Origin: Enoplolaimus lenunculus
Taxonomy: Eukaryota
Reading direction: 5' to 3'
Length of the DNA stretch: 64,000 bases
Assembly (NCBI GenBank): GCA_030248215.1
Contig: JASANG010003582.1
Location: 310,001 to 374,000 of the forward strand
Below, piece by piece: positions 54,176-64,000 of the stretch. The position numbers and the translations under genes were made by a program. Positions within the stretch are counted from its first letter, which is position 1; every line of letters begins with the position of its first letter. The notes under the pieces are model-generated. The model did not search any database. It saw nothing but the letters and a program-made list of their open reading frames with translations, and was not told where the DNA came from.

Positions 54176-55291
54176 CGCCGTCCCAAATCGTTGGCAGCGC
54201 GCCTAGTCAGTTTTTGACAGTGGGCAAATGCAGTTGGGCAATTTTTCATTTAAGTAGGGTAAAAATATTGCTTAATCGTGTGTTATAATCGCCGTAATTA
54301 CTCCAACTCTGTATTTTTCAGACGATGCCCATGATATGAAATATTTGAAAGTTGCAATTCTAAAACTTCAGACTGCGGTCAAACTTACTTTAGCACTGTA
54401 ACTCTAGAAGAAGCATATTCGTAAGCCTTAACCCAATCGTAAAAATAAGTATTCATACTAAGCCTGACCTGGGCAAAAAATTGACTAAATTATAATCCTA
54501 CTGTAGTGACCCGAATAAGAGGGCGACTGATATTTATTTGGCCTCTCCAGAGGGTACCCCCCTTGTTATTCGGTTACGGACTGTTATTTATTTTTAACCC
54601 ACGCTCCGCCGACCTTCGTTACTAATATATAGGTATCCGGTACTGCAATTATCCGTTAAATTAAACGTTTATTTATCTTGGGTGAATAGCTTGAGCGATA
54701 ATACAAGGTTACACTTACTTTCAAAATTTAAGTACACTTACAAGTTTCGAACTCTAATTACTTGGTCCTGGAGTCATTTATGCGCTACAATTAGGGTTAA
54801 TTGACATTTATGGACTCTGATTGGGGTTTAGGGACCCTATCCGCTTACGGACTTTCAACGCAGGCTCTACAGCTACATGAGAAAATCGACATGACATAAT
54901 CCCGAGTATTGCCCTCTGTTAATACGTTTCGACAGCGTTCGTAGGAGTGAATCCAGAGGAACAATTTCGCCCCCGAAGTTAGAAAATTTATTTTATGATA
55001 AAACTGTAAGGTCCTTACTCCCTATGTTACAAATTTATACTTTTGTACCACGAAAATTACGTTTCGCTTGTTGTTTAGTGCGCTCGCAAGGTCTTTTCGC
55101 AATATATATGTATTACGCTCGGACTCCCATCCATCAGAGATTTCCGAATCCTCCACAGAGAGTCCGCTCTACAAGAAATGCAAATAAGCACTCAATAATC
55201 AAAATTTAGTATGAATAAAACACACCAATAAAACAATAATATTAAAGCTATTAACAAACTGTTCAGGCATAAATAGAACAGCTATTATATC

Positions 55292-55688
55292 CAGAGTGGG
55301 AAGTGGGTAAGGATCTTTTTATCCCACCCGCGCTTTACCCACGCACATAATAATTTCTATCCACAAACCACATTTTACCCGCGCATGAAGTCAAACCAGT
55401 ATTTTAAAAATCGCTGGTGATTCGCGCTTTAATGAAGTTTTGCGATATAGCTCAATGAATTTTACAAATGATATTTTATTAGAAACAACAAAAGTTTAAA
55501 CCCAGCTAAATAAAGCACGCCCCCCACCTGACCAGAAATAAAACAGACAATAGCGTAGCTTTTCCACCACCCACGCGATTAAAATCTGTACCCACGGGTA
55601 TGCCCGCGACTCAAATTCTTTACCCGACCCGGGTTACCCACGGGTACCTTGGGTAAGCGCGGGTACAAGCGGGTAATGTCCCACTCTG
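55292..55688. mobile_element. hAT-like MITE (TIR CAGAGTGGGA)
   Basis: Perfect TSD attatatc; internal segment also present at ~1700-1820. Confidence 0.82.
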
Positions 55689-56327
55689 ATTATATCCAAG
55701 AAAACAATACAACCATGACATTCACATTACATAACAGCACAAGCTTCGACTATAAAAAACTATTCTGCAGGAGCTGGGACGCAAGTATTGCTTTCAAAAC
55801 GGGGTAGACTGTATTAATTTGCCTGCACCCACAGTTCCTTTTGTTATCAAATATACTTGATTATGAAAAACCAACCAATTAACATATTTATGATTGGTAA
55901 AGTTCTCCAAAAATTAAATATATATAACTTCTAAAGATACCTAAAATGTTTATTCAATCCTAAATGACTTGAAGTTATACCTTTCTTCGGGTATACCAGT
56001 TTTGTTTGAGCCGTATTATAAGACAAGCTACCTCAAAAAATTATTCTTTTTTAAAAATATAAATTTTGGCGTGAAATGACCATGGGGAGATCATGACGAG
56101 CAGATACTATGTAAAAATTTTCAAAATCGGATCATTTTTGAAAAAACGCTAATTTGAGTTGAAAACCAAAAATATCTGAGTTGATACCTAAGGCAGTTTG
56201 AAGCTGTCGTTTGCAATCTACATTACCAATATACAATACGACATGATTTAACCATCGAGGACTTTGTTATTTAAAGCATGTAGTGTATCCAATAAAAAAA
56301 TTAAAAAATCTCCTATAATCGTTTCTA

Positions 56328-57240
56328 TCATTGAAATTTACCAATCCCGGTTCGCGGCGTTCTCGTATTGGCCAGCGGGACAACCAATGAAATACCGCTA
56401 TCGTTTGAACTGTCCGTCGTTATCGCTGAAGGATACGAAAGCCGCGTTTCGTCAGTTTGACTATTTTGTTCAGTTGTCTGATTTGACAAATCTTTAAGTT
56501 GAGTTAAATTTGCGCGTTCTATTCTACAATGATTCAGATCAGTATTCAACGACGCTATAAGCGCCGCAGGCTTTATTTCTGTAAACCGGGCATTTGATTG
56601 ATTTCCGCTGTATTTTCTTTGCCGCCCACACGATAGTTTCGTCGTCAAACCGTCCCGTTTTCCACCATAATTCTCAGCGTCAAGATGAGTGTCTTGTTTT
56701 CCGCTCCTAGTCCATAAGCAATCAATTTCGTATACACCATCACAAACATTTATGGCATCGTCAATCTCTCGCGAGGGGTCACCATTTATCTGGAGGTGCT
56801 GTTCTCTCACCGGAGGCTGATTGGCCATTCTATCAGGATCCACAGCTGACGACGCAGGCCATAAATCGTTGTGTTCTTCGGAAACTTGGTTCCCAAATAA
56901 TCGCTTCCCACAAACCGGTTCAGTAATTTCATCGGATTCTGTACAACCGCAACAATTACACACATCGCCACATGCGCTGCAGTCACATTCTTCACACTCA
57001 AATTGTTGTTGTTGTTGTTGATCACAATGTAGGTTCTCGCCATTAATGTTTGGAGCCCTAACCATTTTCTCCAACACCTCACCGTATTTACAGGTTCGAC
57101 CAAATTGCGAACAATCCTGATGGACATTACTATAATCGTACAGCTCAATGGATTCCCTTTGACAAACACCGTATTCGTTTTGCTGCTGCTGCTGTTGTTG
57201 TTGGTGTTGGTGTTGTTGTTGTTGTTGTTGTTGGTGTTGG

Positions 57241-57304
<64 letters not shown>

Positions 57305-57585
57305 GCTGCTGCTGCTGTTGCTGATGTTGTTGTTGGTTTTGTTGTTGTTGTTGTTGATGATGATGATGAGTATGTAGTTTAAGCCGACGTTTGACAAATA
57401 TATCGCATAAACTATCAAGCAACAACCGTCGATGTGCCCGAGATGAGATTCCAAATGCGACGAGATCACTTGCGTTAATATTTCGGCACGCGCTGACGCT
57501 ATAAATATGTGCGGCAACAAAATGGTCCAAATACTCAATTAAACCCAATGACGATAACCATTCAGCGATTGTTGGCAACTGTTGG

Positions 57586-57622
<37 letters not shown>

Positions 57623-58287
57623 GGTGTTGTTGTTGTTGATGATGATGATGATGATGTTGTTGTTGTTGTTGTTGCATCACCATTCCATACTGTTGTTCTA
57701 CCCTGTCACGTGATATTTTACGCACTACAGCATCACTAATCACCCCAGTATCATGTGGCCGTCGATCACAGTGTTCATAACATTCCACTTGATCACAGTG
57801 CAACTCGTTGCTACTGCAACATGCGTTACAGTGGTTTTGCGATGCAATCGACTGCATTTGCAAACAACTATTGCACGTTGATGACGTATTTATTGTACCA
57901 TTATTGTCATTGTAAATGCTAGTCTCACAATGTTGTGGGCAATTGCTGTTTGAGCAACATGCGTGATTCGGCATTACACGTGGTAGCGGGTTAGTACTCC
58001 GGCAACGATATTCAATTGTCGATGCTGTTGAGAATGGATGTTGCTGCTGCTGCTGTTGTTGTTGTTGTTGTTGTTGTTGTTCTTGTTGTTGCTGTTGTAG
58101 CTGGTGGTGGTGTTGTTGTTGCTGTTGATGATAATGGAATGACGTCATAGATGGCGCACGATGTTGCTTTGAATTCACCGATTCGGTTGTCATCGTTTCT
58201 TTGCTGTTCGCCGTTCGGAGGGAACAAATGCCAGACTGAGTGGAATGAGACGGCTTCAGCGTAGCGTTGCGAATGACAGGCAGCGTT
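56328..58287 (-). CDS. Eph-like last exon: polyQ/H, SAM domain (~57398-57575), Cys-rich tail
   Basis: Inside the 659-aa ORF; SAM-like [19 protein letters not shown]...[15 protein letters not shown]. Confidence 0.8.
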
Positions 58288-61200
58288 CTAAAATGAATAC
58301 GATACAAAATCTGTACAACGTTTGTATTAAAAAATAGTGTCTGTTACCAACACACAAACCGGCGTTTACTTATAGTTGCCGGATTTGAACGTTTTTTACA
58401 CATTTGAGTTTTATTTCACCTCCCCTGATCATTCAATACTCAAATTTGAATATATGCATCAATTAAGGGGGAAGGGTCGATGGGTGGTACAATTTTGTGA
58501 TTCATTCAGCTTTTTTTCCGCAACGACTGGAAATACCGTAATACCACATTGTTGTCAGACGTTGATGTTGGAAATATTGCAACGACTTCGGAGTTAGTTT
58601 ACAAAATATTTTCAGTTCAATTTAAAATTGCAACTACACACTTTCTGTTCGACGTAGCTTCCGTATCTTTTGCCACGTCATTCGTTTTATCGGACACTAA
58701 ATCAGGGCATCGCAATAAATCACTAATGACGCTTTGAATAACACCGAATCGTGGACGTTTGTTTGGCTGACGTGACCAACAAGATTTCGTTAGATCGTAC
58801 AGTACATTTGGACAATTCTAAAAATACATTAATGAACATCACCAGACGCATCACAGACCGGGGTATATACAAGGGGTAGAATAGAGGTAATATACGCTTT
58901 TCGAAATTTCGGAAAACTATAAAAACGTTCTTTACAGACTGTAGAATAATCTTGTTGATCCCAGGCGTCAAAAAATGTTCCTTTACATGAGGTTATCCCG
59001 TCCCAAACTGAAATCCTGAAAGAGCGTCTAAGGTGAAAAATTCTCGAGCCAGAGAAAAGGTTCGTTTTTGATAAATCAAGTTTTTAAGTCAAAACATAAC
59101 AACACGTCGCATTAATGCATCGTTCACATTAAAAAATTTCATTTTGCCACTGAAAACTCTATACGGTAGGGTTAACACGTATCAATTTTCATAATGTCAC
59201 AGAGCATTTCGTAACACGCTAACGTAATTTCTGCGTTTTTGAAATTTAACACAAACGCACCAAAAACTAATTGGACAAAGCAAGCAAACAACAAATTTAT
59301 TGTTGTTTGGTTCGAGGCTCGTAATTTCAGTAAATACCATTTTCAAACACTTTCAACAGCTTCGATGATAAGTGACAAATATACCGTGTTTGATTCAAAT
59401 TGCGTAAGTTTTATCTATTTTATGTTCGAAAACTCATCTTAATTTCACATCACCTTCGGTGCCCTTGAGGTTAAAGTAGGCGTAAATGTGGTGTTTTGAA
59501 AAAATACAGATGCCAATGACAAACAAGCAGTCTAAAGCTACGATGTCAACAACCCCTCTACCAGAGTATTCTTTTTACCTTTCCCTGAAAAGCTGTACGT
59601 TTTACCCGGTACTATGCCCCCCTTAAATAGTTTCCGGCTACGCCTCTGTGGGCTTAAGACGGGCCCGTAGACAAGAGGGGGGCATGGGGGCTCAGCCCCT
59701 CTTCGGAAAATTTTTGACCCTCCTAGAAAATTTTTAACCTTGCTTGTAAGTTATTGAAAACCCTTCTATGCGCCTCCTGAAAATTTTTTAGCCCCCCCTA
59801 GCACCGTGCTGGCACGGGCCTGGCTTGAGAGCACTTACCAAAATCACCAATTTAAGTATACGCATTTTTGTATTTACAAGTTATTGGCCTCAAAGGTCAA
59901 TCTCGGCTTAACGCAGGTCAAAAAAGTAAGGAGATTGACTTTTTTAGTATTCGCAGTAAGGAGTTATAGCCAATGTAAAGAACAGTGACGGAACAGTATT
60001 ATAAGCATATTCCTAGCCTAAGCCCAAGAATAAGAATAACTTAATCCTAAACCTAAGCCTAGCAAAAAATTAGTCTAAAAGCTTAAGCTTACTCTATTCT
60101 AGCCACACCCATAAAAACTCTCCGCCCCTGATCTTTACATGGGCCGGAATTATGGAGAACAGACATTTGACCTGGTCCTTTGAGTCTATAAAGCCTACTG
60201 ACAAAAACAACCGTTAATTTTGGCCGAGCGACGTATTAAACGAGAACATAATACCTTCGTTTCATGTTAAACAAGATGTCTTAAACTTTCCAAATCCTAT
60301 CTGACTAAGGTTAGCATGTAAGAACAGTTAATCTGTATGCGAACGCCACATACAGGTCATTAATAAGAAATCGATAAGTATTTTACTTAGCAACTATTGA
60401 ACTATACTACGGTAACAATTTATTTTAGAAACGCAACCCAATGAACAGTTAACTCACACTCGGTTGTGGCAAGTTGTATTTACGAACACTGATCGCATTA
60501 ATCACTTCATCGTCAGACCAGTCCCAGTATGGATGTTCGCCAAACGATGTTACTTCCCATACAACAACACCGAACGACCAAATATCCGATGAAATTGTAT
60601 GCTTTTGACAAGTTAATGCCTCAGGCGCAATCCAACGAGTGTATTTGGTGCTCTGAAACAATGTCTGTTATTAATTGGTTAGAAGAACAGGTAAATATCA
60701 TTTTATAATATTATAAAGCTCACACATATATATTTATACATTAAAACCAGATTTACCAATTTTTTTTCCTCCAGATGTCTTTTCCTTGTATCAGACAGCG
60801 TTTTCGATTGGTCTCGGCGCCAAGTCATCATTTTTGTTCTGCCCTTATGTTGATGACCCCAACTGTTTTTAGACTGCGGTGCATCATATAACACTTATGT
60901 AATATACATATTTTAACTCTTGCTTTAATAAACTACAATTAGCAACAAACTACTCCAAAAACTTCTTACCTGCACATCAGACATTTCGTCAATCGCATCA
61001 AAACCAGCAATTTTGCAGACAGCATCGCCACTGACCATAACGTTATGCGCAGCAAGTTTCTGAAACATACACAGAAAACTATCAGTTTTGAACGAAAAAT
61101 ATGGAAAAATATGACAGTTTATAAAGATAGGAATGCAGCTGATTGCTGTAGCACCAAAGACACGGTCAGGCTAAAAAAATTTGTTATATTTGTTGCCAAA

Positions 61201-62823
61201 ACTTAAATATCAGTTCTTCGTGTTTGACCGGTGGCGCCGTTAGCAAAGGTATTATAAACGGCACATTCCATAAATACACACTTTAATATAAATATAATCC
61301 GAATGATCAAACGATGTGTTCTCATCCTGCTCCGAAACAAACGTTCCAGTTCTCTTTAGTCGGGAAACAAGGACACGAATGGTACGACAATCAATGACTG
61401 ATTATGTCCTTAATCCCATGATTGTAATACCGTAATCCGCGTAGATATAAATCTGTACACAGTATGGCTGTAGAAAGCCATACACATGCGCGTAATTTTC
61501 AGAAAATCTTTTTCCTAATTTCCCAAAATTTTTATTTTTTTTGGTTTGGAGAAACTACGTCGCTCGGTACATGATTTAATTCGAAATACAAACTCGTGCG
61601 AAGTTTTACAAAACACCAGAATTCCACCGGAATTCCTGTTCCGGCTGGAATGAATTCCTGCAAAGATTCAGTTTCTGTACCTGCATTCAAAGACGCAGAA
61701 ACCGACATTTTTGCGGCTTTGTGGCAAATTATTCATAATCATTTAAATATTTAAAACATTGTTTCTGAAAAATTGGTATTTCGAAATGAATGTTTTTGTA
61801 ATTTTTGTTAATAAACAATTAGATTAAAATCTGATGTGTTTTCGCAAAACTTGATGATGAAATTGCTGAAAATTCGCTTGAGCCATTTTTGACAATTTTA
61901 TAAAAAGTGCAACAGTAATTCGGTTATGCAGATTATTCCAAATTCCGGTCTCTGTTCCAATCCCTTCAAAAATACAAATTCATGTTTCTGTTCACGTACT
62001 TTATGAACATATCCAATATCGGACAAATATTTCATTCCAGCCGCTACGCATTGAACCATAGCGATTGTTGACTGTAGACTTATCTGGCATCGATTTCGCT
62101 GAAACAATAATTCTACTATATAAAAAATAGCAAACATAACCGCATCTTTATTCTTTATACAATTCGACAATTCAAAATACGTGCTATACCTAAACCAAAT
62201 ATGCAACAGAACGTCCATAACTTTAATGCACGAACATAATATAGACTATTCAGCCATCGGGTACCAACTAGAAACACACCGGGATTTAGACCCGAACCCC
62301 CGCGGCCAAATATTCGTTGCCATTTTCAGTTCACTCGATGCGTCTTGAAGAAACTGAATAAAAATTTAATATTTCGTTAATGAACAAATTTTACAAAAAT
62401 TTTACTTAAATGAATTTTAAATTTTACAGTGTATTATTATGCGTAAAGATTGTTTCTAATCAGTATTTTATTTCGCAACAACATATGTTTCGTTTGTTTT
62501 GCCGGTTCCGGCATTTTGTAGTACGCGGTTGCACGTTAACCTTAATTTAAAATAAAAAAAATTATAATCGCTCACTTTTAAAAACGTGTCCAACGGCCCG
62601 TTTGCCAGATATTCCGTCACAATTGTCGCCGGAACCGATTTGGTCACAACACCGCGTAGGGTCATTATGTTCGGATGCCGAAATTGGGCCATATTTAACG
62701 CTTCAATTAAAAATCGGTCACGAAACTCGACCGAAACGTCAGGATGTGTTCGTTTGATGCGAACCGTTTCAACCGAGTGACCAGGAACAGCCACGGTACC
62801 GTTGTATATTTCAGTGAATTTGT
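56328..62823 (-). CDS. Eph-like receptor tyrosine (pseudo)kinase, intracellular part; 5' exons outside the window
   Basis: Exons 62576-62823, 62000-62098, 60970-61059, 60458-60652, 58642-58817, 56328-58287, phases consistent. Eph-like segments: [86 protein letters not shown], followed by a SAM domain. Confidence 0.88.
57180..57370 (-). repeat. (CAA/CAG/CAC)n polyQ/H tract in Eph-like tail
   Basis: Also tracts at ~57580-57675 and ~58040-58130. Confidence 0.95.
58642..58817 (-). CDS. Eph-like kinase end exon
   Basis: [24 protein letters not shown]; donor AA|gtgtgt chosen by phase. Confidence 0.8.
59660..59822. mobile_element. hAT-like ~165-bp MITE
   Basis: TSD gcttaaga/gcttgaga. Confidence 0.82.
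59968..60145 (+). mobile_element. Telomere-repeat MITE, subfamily B
   Basis: TIRs; TSD ggagttat/ggaattat. Confidence 0.83.
60458..60652 (-). CDS. Eph-like kinase C-lobe exon
   Basis: TRWIAPEAL...[25 protein letters not shown]. Confidence 0.92.
60970..61059 (-). CDS. Eph-like kinase exon (degenerate catalytic loop and DFG)
   Basis: [30 protein letters not shown]; tttcag/gtaag, phase 0-0. Confidence 0.88.
62000..62098 (-). CDS. Eph-like kinase exon (alphaE to YVHK)
   Basis: [21 protein letters not shown]. Confidence 0.9.
62576..62823 (-). CDS. Eph-like kinase N-lobe exon
   Basis: KFTEIYNG...VRIK...[16 protein letters not shown]...[14 protein letters not shown]. Confidence 0.9.
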
Positions 62824-64000
62824 CTATAACAATTGTCGGTATTTGTTCAAAATACCCGTTGCGTACTCTCGTTGCGATCAAGGATCAAACCGTATATCCA
62901 GATCCGGTCTAATATTTGGCAACAAACTATCATCATTTGTATTCTGATTTCAATATCCGATATAAACTTATACCGGATATGTGGAAATGCAAGACATTTT
63001 GCTGCAACTAAGAAGGTTACGTTTTTTGGTTGCAAGCAAAATGAACAATCCAAAGTTAACAACAATTAATGTTAATTCAGTAACCATATACTTCTACGCC
63101 CGTCAAATGCTACCCCCAACACAAGGTTTGTTTGAGCCCACGAGTGAGTCTGGACTCACAATGTTCTCAACGGGACGCAAAAAAACTCAGTTGGACGCAC
63201 TGTGGATTCAGCAGGCTTTGCTAAACCGGAATGAAGGAATTTATTTTAAACGTACCGGATAACCAACCGTACTTGCTACAGCTCAAGTTAAAACTTCTGG
63301 TGTGCACCTATCTGTCCGAATCGGTCACAACCCACGCTGAGATTGGACCTATGACGCATCCCTAGGCTTAGGATCACATGGACTTGAAACTGAAATGTTT
63401 CTGGCTATCAAACAATTTCGTTGACATCGTAAAAAACAAAATATAACATATTATAGCAAGCGGATACTTAAATCAGTGTAATTAAGTTGCACTTTTCGTT
63501 TAAATACGAACTCAAATCTCCGGTTTCAGCCACCGCCGGCGGTGAATATTCAATTATCCGGCTCCGGTACTTTTTTGCTATCCGTTTGAATCCTTGTAAT
63601 AAATATATACATTTTGGAATTAAAAAACATAACCCAACACTTAATTTTACTCATTTAGCACCAGAGTGTGACCGGATATCCGATTCTGGTTTAATATCCG
63701 GCAAAAACTGATATCCGTATCCGGTTCCAGTATCCGGCATTAACGTACAGGGTACCGGATAGTTACGGTTGTGGTGACGGATCTCATAAAACTGCTTTTT
63801 ACAAGTGCGCGTCAGTAACATTTTTACGCGATTACATTTCTCGGCAAGTCAAAAAGTTCAAATTTTGATACATTTTAAACTACTTTTATTTAAGTTATAT
63901 AAGCGAGCGAGAATTAAACGCATTTTTGCATGAAATAATTTCAGTTATCAGCAGCAATTATGAACTTTACAATAGACGAAAACCTTGAACACGCTAAAAA

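Noticed and set aside
56807..58227. Overlapping poly-N/L/V/T ORFs
   Set aside because: Shadow frames of the polyQ tracts in the Eph-like last exon.
62824..64000. Further Eph exons (juxtamembrane YxDPxxYEDP)
   Set aside because: No matching translation found; upstream exons presumably lie beyond the window.

Overview
AT-rich, intron-rich animal genomic DNA, most likely a nematode (inferred from abundant TTAGGC/GCCTAA telomere-type hexamers, tttcag acceptors and an ShK-peroxidase). Three spliced genes were assembled by hand with phase-consistent GT-AG junctions. (1) A complete 16-exon mitochondrial-type acetyl-CoA synthetase, minus strand 72-19264, ~675 aa. (2) A 10-exon secreted ShKT + heme peroxidase, plus strand 26995-44819, ~1108 aa, whose linker holds 114 perfect AAC (Asn) codons. 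(3) The 3' part of an Eph-like receptor, minus strand 56328-62823, whose kinase lacks both catalytic aspartates (HRD>HKK, DFG>GFD) and whose SAM domain sits in a very long polyQ/Cys-rich tail. There is also an intronless 229-aa multi-TM ORF (46465-47154). Introns and intergenic DNA are packed with non-autonomous DNA transposons: hAT-like, Tc1/mariner-like, P/Galileo-like, piggyBac-like, Harbinger-like and Helitron-like. Two stand out: GG-terminated, 8-bp-TSD (Merlin-like) MITEs that carry telomeric (GCCTAA)n arrays, and TTAA-flanked MITEs carrying a tRNA-like Pol III cassette. Superfamily names are inferred from TIR/TSD signatures only; no transposase ORF was recognised.
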